Positions 50,550 to 59,140 of a DNA stretch of 64,000 bases are shown in pieces. The stretch is from Candidatus Parcubacteria bacterium (GTDB lineage: Bacteria > Patescibacteriota > Minisyncoccia > Phycocordibacterales > Zambryskibacteraceae), in NCBI GenBank assembly GCA_019661785.1, contig JAIFWP010000003.1, positions 31,009 through 95,008 of the forward strand. Direction: 5' to 3'. A program made the position numbers and the translations under genes. Under the pieces are notes generated by a model, which made no database searches, was not told the origin of the DNA, and saw only the letters and a list, made by a program, of their open reading frames with translations. The first letter of the stretch is position 1, and each line of letters opens with the position of its first letter.

Positions 50550-51100
50550 TCCTCTTTTAGCACTACTATATCACCCTCCTTGCCCTCAAGATCCTTCTTC
50601 TTCACTACGAGTTTGTCGAGATGCTCGCCGTCCTCGCCAGCTTCCTTCAAGAACTTCTTTAGGCTCTCGGGCGAGTAGCTTATAGGTATGATGAGCGACG
50701 GCTCAAGAGAGACAGCGAGCTTGTATGCAGGAGCCGCCTCTAGCGTATCGACTGGCACGAAGAGGATATCGATGTCCTCTAAATTTTCTATTGTCTCTGC
50801 ATTTAAAGCAGGATTTGAGAGCGAACCAAGAAAACACAAATTCAATCCTTCAAAATTTATAAGATAGACAGTATTTATCTTCCCATCCTTGCCCTCAGAG
50901 AGAAAACCTTTAACCGAGATGTCCTTAACCTCGTACTCGCCAGGACCCGAAATGACGAAGCCCTTGCCCTCGACTGCAGAACCCCCAGTGCTCATGAGAG
51001 TGAGGTCGGCGTTGCCTCGGTTCGAGGTAGGGTTCACCGCAAGAGACAGGTCTCCTTGGGAAATCTTCACAGATTCCCCGCCCTGATAGCTGATTATCAT
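50546..51100 (-). CDS. MBL-fold protein (Lactamase_B_3-like) lacking metal ligands
   Basis: I.GPGEYEVKD, NTVYLI..EGL.LCFLG, DILFVPV, LEP..IIP. Confidence 0.75.
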   Translation of the reverse strand: MIISYQGGESVKISQGDLSLAVNPTSNRGNADLTLMSTGGSAVEGKGFVISGPGEYEVKDISVKGFLSEGKDGKINTVYLINFEGLNLCFLGSLSNPALNAETIENLEDIDILFVPVDTLEAAPAYKLAVSLEPSLIIPISYSPESLKKFLKEAGEDGEHLDKLVVKKKDLEGKEGDIVVLKEE

Positions 51101-51171
51101 GGCCCTATTTTAGCATATTTCCCGAGTTTCCGCCACCACAAATAACCTTATTCTTAGGCTTGATTTAATCC

Positions 51172-51200
51172 TTGACAAATAGGCTTAATTATGATAGTAT
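51172..51200 (+). promoter_or_regulatory. Sigma70 promoter, same type as 4695 and 52271
   Basis: TTGACA-17 nt-TAGTAT, extended TG. Confidence 0.8.
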
Positions 51201-51257
51201 AGAAGGAGAATCGGAGATGTGCGCAGTTCCCCACAACCAAGCTACAAGGAGGACGGG

Positions 51258-51692
51258 ATGCCCGCAAACAACAAAGGTTGGGCCCAGGCGATTGGCTACC
51301 TCATCGCCTTTGTGATGATGATGATCGGAGCTGGAGCCCTAGGCAGATACATGCATGGCCGCGAACGCGACCAGGCAGAGCGGGACAGCGCGCGAAAGTC
51401 CGCTGCCACCGACTCAGTCGTCGGTATCCGCGTCATCTGCGGGAAAGTGAAGAGCTTCGAGCGCATCACCTCCCACGAGTTCCCTGTCGTGCACATTATG
51501 ATGGAGAACGGCGATACGTACCGCCTCCTCGGCGATGTCGGGACGAACATGCCTCCCGTGCTCAGCCCGAGCGTCATCAGGTACATGGTGCCTGAGTGGG
51601 TGGAGGAGCATTCCTTACTGCACGCAGGCACCGGCGGGGTAATCCTCACCATGATGCCAGTTCGGAACTGCGACCAGCACAAAAAGAAGTAG
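51258..51692 (+). CDS. Hypothetical single-TM protein
   Basis: AGGAGG SD; TM near N-terminus; hairpin + T-run after stop. Confidence 0.65.
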   Translation: MPANNKGWAQAIGYLIAFVMMMIGAGALGRYMHGRERDQAERDSARKSAATDSVVGIRVICGKVKSFERITSHEFPVVHIMMENGDTYRLLGDVGTNMPPVLSPSVIRYMVPEWVEEHSLLHAGTGGVILTMMPVRNCDQHKKK

Positions 51693-51841
51693 ACACGCAG
51701 CTTTACGCCCCACTCTCACCGGTGGGGCTGCTTTTTTATAACTTTTATCTCTATTGACAATAGATAGATACTATGATAATCTGGTCCCAGAACCAATGTA
51801 GTCCTAGTCTCACGCAGTCCCCCATCCGCACGGAGGATTCA

Positions 51842-52165
51842 ATGATTCGCAAGTTCGCCACATCGATCGCACTCGCAGTTCTCTTTCTCGTCGCCGGCCT
51901 GTCTTATTTGAAGGCGCAGGGCGTCGAGCCGGAACCCTGCCTGAAGGCCATCAAGGTCTCAGAACTCCAGAAGAATGGCAAGCGCACGATCACCATGGCT
52001 TGGCCATCCGATACGACGAAGACCAGAACAATCGAGCGCAAGAATCGCCGCCCGACCATCGTCGTCGGCAAGTTCTACTGGCTGACCTACGACGGCGACC
52101 GTATCCAGGATATCTACCAGGGCAAGGGCTGTCCGGCGACGAAGTCTGGCAGCGTGAAGAAGTAG
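51842..52165 (+). CDS. Secreted hypothetical protein
   Basis: TTGACA promoter at 51754, GGAGG SD, signal peptide ending LKAQ, Cys pair. Confidence 0.65.
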   Translation: MIRKFATSIALAVLFLVAGLSYLKAQGVEPEPCLKAIKVSELQKNGKRTITMAWPSDTTKTRTIERKNRRPTIVVGKFYWLTYDGDRIQDIYQGKGCPATKSGSVKK

Positions 52166-52270
52166 CTTGCGGTTCCCCCACCGCGTGAACCCCTGATCCC
52201 GACATGAATCGTCGTCGGGACGGGGCATAAACCCAGGAAACTCCTGTGGTTTTTTTCATCTTTAAAATCC

Positions 52271-52299
52271 TTGACAAAAAATATATAGTATGATAGTAT
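52271..52299 (+). promoter_or_regulatory. Sigma70 promoter driving a unit with no long ORF
   Basis: TTGACA-17 nt-TAGTAT, extended TG. Confidence 0.8.
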
Positions 52300-52305
52300 A
52301 TAAGA

Positions 52306-52839
52306 AGGTTGATAAATCACTTGGCAAAGCCTTGCGGCTGAGCTAGTGTAGTCATAGGCAAGATGTACCCTGAATTTGTCCCCTCTCGTACGATCGGAGG
52401 AGCTCTAGGGGCCGTGATTGTGCCGACGTAAGGGTCCTCGCACGAGGAACCAAGCAAGGCGCTAATGGCTTACTTATAGCTCAAGTTCGATACAGAGCGG
52501 ACCGTTCGTCCCTGCTTTGCTCGATGTGCAAGGCAGCGCCTTCGTTCACCCCCACTGCGAGGCCTCACGGCAACATGCAGACAAGACGATGGTGAAGCAT
52601 CGATAGGTTAAGGGCAATACCTTAAGCCCCAGCGCATGAGTGGTGAGACAGAGGGATTAAAACCCCTGCCGCGTAACCACACCCTGAGCTGAAGGCCGTC
52701 GGATCGCTAAAAACGCCGGCCACCGATTGAGAAGACGAATAGTCAGTAGCACGGGTCTGTCCCGCGGCCGCCATCCTCATGGTGGACGGCCGCGGGACAG
52801 AACCCCAGCAGTTACGCATGTTGCGTAGCTGTTTTTTTT
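52306..52839 (+). ncRNA. Candidate large structured non-coding RNA (~530 nt), family unrecognised
   Basis: Own promoter and terminator, no + strand ORF of 60 aa or more, many nested helices. Confidence 0.55.
52809..52839 (+). terminator. Intrinsic terminator
   Basis: CAGTTACGCA-TGT-TGCGTAGCTG followed by T8. Confidence 0.8.
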
Positions 52840-52944
52840 ATGTTAATTTACGCAGGTTCCTTACTAGAACCCGCTCTCCGATATCCCCTCTCGCCTAGGC
52901 AAACACTCTGAGGCTCGAGGACCGGAAGCGGCTTTAAACTCAAA

Positions 52945-54120
52945 ATGGCATTATTCGGCAGGAAAAAGGCTCCCGTCGCAGAGGCGTCGGACGAGCAGGT
53001 AGAGGTTAAGCAAGCAGTCAAAGAGAAGGTAAAGAAAGAGATCGCGGCGCCTGAGGCAGACAACTCCCTCATGGGCTCGCTTGTGGCCAAGTCTCCTAAT
53101 CCTCCCAAGGTGGACGATGTGGTCGAGGGTCCAGTGCTCTCTATAGACAAGGGTGCTCTATACATTGACCTTCCTCCCTTCGGCACAGGTATCATCTACG
53201 GACGCGAGTTCATGAACGCGCGCGACATTGTGAAGCGCGTCAATGTGGGCGACACCGTCGCGGGCAAGGTGGTCGGCATGGGCGGCAAGGATGGATACAT
53301 AGAGATATCTCTCAAGGAAGCTCGCCAGGCTCTCATCTGGAGCGAGGCTGAAGAGGCTATCCGCGACAAGCGCATATACGAGCTTGCTATCACCGACGCC
53401 AACAAGGGCGGACTCATACTTAACTGGCAAGGCATACCTGGCTTCCTCCCCGCTTCTCAACTCAAGCCAGAGCACTATCCTCGCGTTTCTGACGGCGACA
53501 AGGACAAGATACTCGACGAGTTGCGCAAGCTCGTAGGAGAGAAGCTGTCCGTCACTATCATCGGTGCTACTCCTAAGGAGGGCAAGCTCATCTTCAGCGA
53601 GAAGAGCCCAGAGTCGAAGAATAAGGAGAACATCATCGCCAAGTACTCTCTCGGCGACGAGCTCACTGGCGAGGTCACTGGACTCGTAGACTTCGGAGTC
53701 TTCGTTAAACTCGAAGAGGGACTCGAAGGCCTCGTGCACATCTCGGAAATTGACTGGGGCCTTGTAGAGAACCCTAAGGCCATGTTCAAAATCGGCGAGA
53801 AGGTGAAGGTCAAGATTATCGAGATTAAGGACGACAAGATATCTCTCTCCATCAAGGCCTTGAAGGAGAACCCATGGAAGGAGGCTTCGGAGAAGTATCA
53901 CAAGGACGAGGTAGTGGACGGCGTCATCATCAAGTACAACAAGCATGGAGCTCTCGCCTCACTCGAGGAGGGCGTCGCGGGTCTCGTGCACGTCTCTGAG
54001 TTCGGCTCTGAGGATAAACTAAGGGAGAAGCTAGAGATGGGCAAGACCTACAGCTTCAAGATAACCCTCTTCGACCCTAAGGAGCAGAAGATGGCACTCT
54101 CGTTCGTAGATAAAAAGTAA
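52945..54120 (+). CDS. rpsA: 30S ribosomal protein S1 (four S1 domains)
   Basis: NKGGL, GFLPASQL, DFGVFV, GLVHISEI, ISLSIK. Confidence 0.93.
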   Translation: MALFGRKKAPVAEASDEQVEVKQAVKEKVKKEIAAPEADNSLMGSLVAKSPNPPKVDDVVEGPVLSIDKGALYIDLPPFGTGIIYGREFMNARDIVKRVNVGDTVAGKVVGMGGKDGYIEISLKEARQALIWSEAEEAIRDKRIYELAITDANKGGLILNWQGIPGFLPASQLKPEHYPRVSDGDKDKILDELRKLVGEKLSVTIIGATPKEGKLIFSEKSPESKNKENIIAKYSLGDELTGEVTGLVDFGVFVKLEEGLEGLVHISEIDWGLVENPKAMFKIGEKVKVKIIEIKDDKISLSIKALKENPWKEASEKYHKDEVVDGVIIKYNKHGALASLEEGVAGLVHVSEFGSEDKLREKLEMGKTYSFKITLFDPKEQKMALSFVDKK

Positions 54121-54131
54121 ATCGATCTTTG

Positions 54132-54165
54132 AAAAGCCCCGCAACTAAGTAGTTGCGGGGCTTTT
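54132..54165. terminator. Palindromic terminator after rpsA
   Basis: AAAAGCCCCGCAACTA-AG-TAGTTGCGGGGCTTTT. Confidence 0.85.
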
Positions 54166-54226
54166 CGTTTTATGTCTATATATAGACAGAACAAGCTCAC
54201 ATACACCACCCTTGCTAGGAGAGGCC

Positions 54227-54661
54227 ATGCCGTCAGCCACCAATATCCGACATGCGGATATGGAGCGCGTGACCCTGGCGCTCCTCTTACTACTCACGTT
54301 CAACCGAGAGAAACCGGGTTGCTACCCAGAACTCGACCTCGAAGGGTTCCTCGAGGCTTTGGACCAGGCGCTCGTCATCCTTGAGCGCAGCAACCCAGGC
54401 ACCGCTTCACGCATCAAGCTCGACAAGCCCGATCGGGAGACCTTCATCCAAGGCATCCTCGAGCACTACAGCAATGTGGTGAGCATCGGCAAGTGGCGAG
54501 GACAGCTCCTCATCCGCTTCAAGGCTCAGTCCGGACAGAACATCCGCAAGATACTGGGATATATCCAACTGGACCAAGCTTGGAAGATCGAGATAGAGCA
54601 CGCTTGCGAAGGAGGCCTGCGCATCTATCGCGGTCTCGTGAATCCGCCAGACACTGGGTAG
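54227..54661 (+). CDS. Hypothetical protein
   Basis: AGGAG SD; 144-aa ORF; hairpin downstream. Confidence 0.6.
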   Translation: MPSATNIRHADMERVTLALLLLLTFNREKPGCYPELDLEGFLEALDQALVILERSNPGTASRIKLDKPDRETFIQGILEHYSNVVSIGKWRGQLLIRFKAQSGQNIRKILGYIQLDQAWKIEIEHACEGGLRIYRGLVNPPDTG

Positions 54662-54716
54662 AGCACTCTTCCGGAAGACGGCTAACGCCTCGACTAATCC
54701 TCGGGGCGTTTCCTTT

Positions 54717-55208
54717 TTAATTATTGAACTCTGTCATCCCCTTTTCATAGCCTTGGGCCACTATGACCTCGACGGCATCGGCTACTTTTTTGAATATTTT
54801 CTTCAGTTCGAGCATTTCCTTCGGGGTGAACTTGCCGAGGATGTGCTTATCTACATCTGTTTTCTTCCCTATGCCTATGCGGATGCGGATGAAGGCCTTG
54901 GTCTTCACCGCATTTATTATAGACTCGACGCCCTTGTGCCCGCCTGAGCCTCTGTCGTATGAAATCTTCATGGTGCCTAGCGGCAAGTCGAGGTCGTCGT
55001 AGATGACTATGAGCTTTTCTGCTGCCTTCTTGCTCTTTATCGCCTTGGCTACGCCAGAGCCTGACTTGTTCATGAAAGTATCCAGATGAACTACCTTCAA
55101 CTTTGGTATTTCGCGCTTTTCCACCACCTCTAGAGCCAGCCGGCCCGTGTTGTGGCGGGTCTCGGCATACTCAGCACCCGGATTTCCGAGTCCGACAATT
55201 GTGTACAT
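54717..55208 (-). CDS. pth: Peptidyl-tRNA hydrolase
   Basis: IVGLGNPG..Y..TRHNTG, FMNKSG, YDDLDL, GGHKG, RIRIGIG. Confidence 0.95.
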   Translation of the reverse strand: MYTIVGLGNPGAEYAETRHNTGRLALEVVEKREIPKLKVVHLDTFMNKSGSGVAKAIKSKKAAEKLIVIYDDLDLPLGTMKISYDRGSGGHKGVESIINAVKTKAFIRIRIGIGKKTDVDKHILGKFTPKEMLELKKIFKKVADAVEVIVAQGYEKGMTEFNN

Positions 55209-55238
55209 GTGGGAAGTATAATACAATGTCCGAAAATT

Positions 55239-55793
55239 ATGCAGCAAGAAACGAGCTTCTGGAGGGAATTAGTCAAGCTCGCCGTCATAACGGCGGTAGT
55301 TGTCATCCCCTTCAGGCTCTTCGTGGCTCAGCCCTTCGTCGTAGATGGAGCATCCATGGATCCGACCTTCGCCTCGGGCCAATATCTCATCGTTGACGAG
55401 CTCTCGTACCACTTTGAGACCCCTCCCAGAGGCTCGGTCATCATCTTCCGCTACCCTAAGGACGAGTCCAAGTACTTCATAAAGCGCATCATCGGCTTGC
55501 CGAACGAAACGGTGAAGCTCGAGCACGGCAAAGTGACTATAGTGAACAAAGAGCATCCCGAAGGTTTCGCTCTCGACGAGCCTTATGTAGAGCTCACTAA
55601 GGACGATACATCAAGCTACAACCTCTCTGATGGCGAGTACTTCGTCATGGGCGACAACCGCGCAGGCAGCGCCGACTCGCGCTACTGGGGACCGGTGCCA
55701 ACGAGGGATATCATCGGCCGGCCAATACTACGCCTCTGGCCGCCAAGTCTCTGGCCGGGCAAATTTACCGAACCAACAAATGCGCAAAACTGA
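55239..55793 (+). CDS. lepB: Signal peptidase I
   Basis: GASMDPT (Ser), FIKRIIGLP (Lys), YFVMGDNR..S.DSR. Confidence 0.95.
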   Translation: MQQETSFWRELVKLAVITAVVVIPFRLFVAQPFVVDGASMDPTFASGQYLIVDELSYHFETPPRGSVIIFRYPKDESKYFIKRIIGLPNETVKLEHGKVTIVNKEHPEGFALDEPYVELTKDDTSSYNLSDGEYFVMGDNRAGSADSRYWGPVPTRDIIGRPILRLWPPSLWPGKFTEPTNAQN

Positions 55794-56874
55794 GTTCGAC
55801 AAGCCTCTATGGATTGCGGCGCACTTCGGCTTCACGCCGATAGAGGCTCCTATAGTCGGAGATCTTGACCTGCGCATGACTGCCGACTGCGAGGAAAATA
55901 CAAAGAGCTTCTGCAATGCGCCTGAGAAAGCCGCCTTCCTCCGCACATATCTAGAGAAGAAATATTCAGACCTCCCCCATCCCTTGGCCCTCTCTTGGCG
56001 CAAGGCTCGTGACTACTCTCTTGAGCTCATAGGTTATCCGACGGGAGTAGCCGAGGCCAAGCTCATACGCACCTCTCTCTCGATCCTCTCCGAAGATCAC
56101 AAAGAAGGCATGACCGTCGAGATAAACTCTATAGGAGACAAGGACTCTGTGGCATCCTACGAACGCGAGCTCCACAACTTCGTCAGGAAAATTGCCGGCA
56201 ACCTCTCCGCCGAGATGAAGAAATTATTTAAAGAAGACATCTTCGCCGTGGCCAAAGTGAAGGACGAGGTAGTGAAAGGCGCTCCGCAGTCCATATCCTT
56301 CCTCTCGGGAGGGAGCCGAGAGCGTTTCAAGGACGTGCTCGAGTACCTTGAGGCGCTTGGGGTAGAGTACCGCTTCGCTCCAGACCTCGTGGGAGTCAAG
56401 AACCTCTGCTCAGAGACTCTCTTTGCCATCCGAGACAGCGAAGGCAGGCTCCTCGCCGCCGGATACCACTACTCGAGGCTCGGCAAAAGATTTGGCATCA
56501 AGAAGGAGGTCTCGCTCATTGGCGCAACTATATATGGCGAGAAGAAGCCCAAAGACCCTACTGCGAAGATTTACAAAGAGGCGCCGAAGCCTAAGTTCTA
56601 TCTCCTCCATCTTGGCCGCGAGGCCCGCATGAAGGCCCTCTCTCTCATCGAACTCCTGCGCGAGAACAAGGTCCCCATATACCACTTCCTCGGACGAGAG
56701 AAGCTCGGTGCCCAGATGGAGCTCGCCGACAAGCTCCGCACCCCATACCTTATGATTGTCGGACAGAAGGAGGCTCTCGACCACACTGTCACTATCAGGA
56801 ATGTTGCCAGCCGTGCCCAGGAGACAGTCCCCTTCGCCACCCTGCCTCAATACTTGAAGCACTTGCCTTTTTAG
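55780..56874 (+). CDS. Degenerate histidyl-tRNA synthetase-like protein
   Basis: FGF.PIE.P, VEINSIGD, F..VLEYLEALGV.Y, C-terminal anticodon-binding domain; catalytic motifs eroded. Confidence 0.7.
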   Translation: MRKTEFDKPLWIAAHFGFTPIEAPIVGDLDLRMTADCEENTKSFCNAPEKAAFLRTYLEKKYSDLPHPLALSWRKARDYSLELIGYPTGVAEAKLIRTSLSILSEDHKEGMTVEINSIGDKDSVASYERELHNFVRKIAGNLSAEMKKLFKEDIFAVAKVKDEVVKGAPQSISFLSGGSRERFKDVLEYLEALGVEYRFAPDLVGVKNLCSETLFAIRDSEGRLLAAGYHYSRLGKRFGIKKEVSLIGATIYGEKKPKDPTAKIYKEAPKPKFYLLHLGREARMKALSLIELLRENKVPIYHFLGREKLGAQMELADKLRTPYLMIVGQKEALDHTVTIRNVASRAQETVPFATLPQYLKHLPF

Positions 56875-56921
56875 CCAACTTGTGTTAATGTTGAGCTAGA
56901 ACCCCAGCGGAGAAATCCCAG

Positions 56922-57239
56922 ATGGCAGATAGGCTCGACTTCGTGATGAACGACAGGCTCGGCTATGGCCGTCTCCTGACGCCGGACGGCAAGTCTCGCA
57001 TCGTGCTTTCAAAATGCATGGGCAGGGAGATGGTGAGATACTTGCTCGAGAGGAAGGAAGCGGGCGATGCAGAAGCTCGTAGCACGCTCGACAAAATCGA
57101 CGCCGCGACGAATCTCGACGAGAGAATCGCACTGGGCAAGAGTCTCATCGGGGTGAAAGGTCCCATGGGCCGTGCCGAAGTCGTGTCCGGACTCATGAGC
57201 CTCAACACGATGGACAGCCCTCGCCTGTTGCCAAACTAG
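56922..57239 (+). CDS. Hypothetical protein
   Basis: GGAG SD; followed by palindromic terminator. Confidence 0.6.
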   Translation: MADRLDFVMNDRLGYGRLLTPDGKSRIVLSKCMGREMVRYLLERKEAGDAEARSTLDKIDAATNLDERIALGKSLIGVKGPMGRAEVVSGLMSLNTMDSPRLLPN

Positions 57240-57258
57240 CGCTCCTCGCCTCCCCCAG

Positions 57259-57294
57259 AGCCCCGTTCCGACCTAAGTCGGAACGGGGCTTTTT
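57259..57294 (+). terminator. Terminator, near-identical to palindrome at 12083
   Basis: AGCCCCGTTCCGAC-CTAA-GTCGGAACGGGGCT-TTTT. Confidence 0.8.
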
Positions 57295-57353
57295 GATTTA
57301 CTGGCCCTTGCCACAGCGACAATGATGTGCTAGATTATCCACTCATGTTAGGA

Positions 57354-57605
57354 ATGACAAACGTCGAAGTGGTCAAAGGACCCAACGAGAACAACTTAAG
57401 CGTCCTTAGACGCTTTCAAAAGCGCGTCCAGGGTTCCGGAGTCCTTATGAAGGTCCGCTCCAAGCGCTACAGCGAGCGCGTCAAGAGCGAGAATGTGAAG
57501 CGAGCCAAGACCCTCGCCTACCTGAAAAAGAAGGACGAGATGAACGAGCTCGTGAAGCTCGGCAAGGTCAATGAACTCCAAAAGTTTGGCCGCAAAAGGA
57601 GATAA
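57354..57605 (+). CDS. rpsU: 30S ribosomal protein S21
   Basis: VEV.K..NE....LRRFQKRVQ.SGVL...RSKRY; basic. Confidence 0.85.
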   Translation: MTNVEVVKGPNENNLSVLRRFQKRVQGSGVLMKVRSKRYSERVKSENVKRAKTLAYLKKKDEMNELVKLGKVNELQKFGRKRR

Positions 57606-57987
57606 CAGAGACGATAACAAGGGCGCCAAGATAAGCGACGAGTTAGTCGGGCTAGCCAAAGATGCTGTCCTCGGCAACGCGTACGAGCTCTCTCTCGTCT
57701 TCTGCGGCAACAACCTCTCTCAAGAACTGAATCGTACCTACAGAGGCAAGGACAAGCCGACTAACGTACTCGCCTTCCCGCTATCGAAGACCTCAGGCGA
57801 GATATTCATAAACACCGAGCATTTGGACGGATTCAGAGTCGAGGAACTGCTTGTCCACGCACTCCTCCATTTGAAAGGAATGCTCCACGGCGCTAAAATG
57901 GAGAGCGAGGAAAAACGATTTTTAAAATTACTCTTTAATGGCACGACCACTCTCAGTCGGGATAGACATAGGCAGCCAAAACGTTAA
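57571..57987 (+). CDS. ybeY: rRNA maturation RNase YbeY
   Basis: LNRTYRGKDKPTNVLAF, GEIFI, HALLHLKGMLH. Confidence 0.92.
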   Translation: MNSKSLAAKGDNRDDNKGAKISDELVGLAKDAVLGNAYELSLVFCGNNLSQELNRTYRGKDKPTNVLAFPLSKTSGEIFINTEHLDGFRVEELLVHALLHLKGMLHGAKMESEEKRFLKLLFNGTTTLSRDRHRQPKR

Positions 57988-59140
57988 GGTCGTCATCGCC
58001 CATGAGATAGAGGAGAACGGGCGCATAGTGCCAAAGGTCATCGGTCAGGCCACTGCTGAGACCAAGGGCCTCCACAGGGGCTATATATTGAATCCCTCTG
58101 AGGCCTCTAGGAGCGTCCGCTTAGCCATAGACAAGGCGGAGAAGGCCGCAGGGGTCACTGTGAAGCGCGCCTTCGTCTCAGTAGGCGGAGTAGGCCTAGG
58201 GAGCGCCGTAGCCTCTGGCTCGGTAGCTATAGCAAGGGCTGACCTCGAGGTCACCAACCTCGACCTGGAGAGCGCCCAGGAGGCTGCCGAGGCCGCCATC
58301 CCCGAGGCGCTCATTTTAAACAGGAAGGTCATCAACACTATCCCCCTCCTCACGCTCCTAGACGGCAAGCCTGCTCTTGGGCGCATTGAGGGCATGAAGG
58401 CTGGCAAGCTAGAGGTTAAAGTGCTTTTCATAACATGCCTCGAGCATCACTTGGAGGACCTTATACGCGTAGTAGAGGGAGCCGGAGTCGAGGTGGTCGA
58501 CGTTGTAGCCGCACCCATAGCTGCCTCCTTCGTGACTCTGTCTAAGAAGCAGAAGCGCGCCGGCTGCGCACTCATAAATATTGGAGCCGAGACACTCTCA
58601 CTCGTTGTCTTCGAGAACTCGAACCCCATCTCGCTCGAGGTCTTCGAGATGGGCGGAGCCGACGTGACGAACGACATGGCTCTCGGCTTGAAGATATCCC
58701 TTGAGGAAGCTGAGTCCGTTAAACTCGGCTCCTGGACTCGGAGCGACTATCCGAAGAAGAAGATTGAGGACCTTATCGGACGCAGATTGTCTGACATGTT
58801 CGACCTCGTGGCCGCACACTTGAAGAGGATAGGCCGACACTCTCTCCTCCCCGCCGGTATCGTCATCACTGGCGGCAGCGCCGGACTTGCCGGACTGCGC
58901 GACTTCGCCGTTGAGGTGCTGAAGCTCCCTGCTAAAGTGGGCGAGATCCACTTCGGCGAGGAGGAGAAGTATGCTACCAAAGACCTCCCTTGGTCGGTCG
59001 CCTACGGGCTAGCTATAGTGGGCTTCAACTCCGACAATGAGCAGGGTCTCGTGGGCCAGAGAGGTATGGACAAGCTCGCCGAAGGCGGCAAGAAGGGTCT
59101 CCGCACCCTCACCCACTGGTTCAACAAGTTCATACCCTAG
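57938..59140 (+). CDS. ftsA: Cell division protein FtsA
   Basis: GIDIGS, INIGAET, GG..VTND.A, ITGGSA; precedes ftsZ. Confidence 0.93.
   Translation: MARPLSVGIDIGSQNVKVVIAHEIEENGRIVPKVIGQATAETKGLHRGYILNPSEASRSVRLAIDKAEKAAGVTVKRAFVSVGGVGLGSAVASGSVAIARADLEVTNLDLESAQEAAEAAIPEALILNRKVINTIPLLTLLDGKPALGRIEGMKAGKLEVKVLFITCLEHHLEDLIRVVEGAGVEVVDVVAAPIAASFVTLSKKQKRAGCALINIGAETLSLVVFENSNPISLEVFEMGGADVTNDMALGLKISLEEAESVKLGSWTRSDYPKKKIEDLIGRRLSDMFDLVAAHLKRIGRHSLLPAGIVITGGSAGLAGLRDFAVEVLKLPAKVGEIHFGEEEKYATKDLPWSVAYGLAIVGFNSDNEQGLVGQRGMDKLAEGGKKGLRTLTHWFNKFIP

Noticed and set aside
52363-52431. 22-codon ORF MYPEFVPSRTIGGALGAVIVPT inside the ncRNA candidate
   Set aside because: No SD or leaderless geometry and it explains little of the 530 nt; cannot be excluded without Ribo-seq.
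52408-52560. GGGGCCG...CGAC resembling a tmRNA 5' end
   Set aside because: No T-arm/CCA 3' module and no tag-like reading frame found in either standard or permuted order.
52730-52746. AAGACGAATAGTC resembling the group I intron S element
   Set aside because: No complementary GACTA (P7) partner found and no interrupted host gene.
52622-52819. 65-aa minus-strand ORF
   Set aside because: Runs through long hairpins, opposite to the promoter/terminator orientation, with no start signals.
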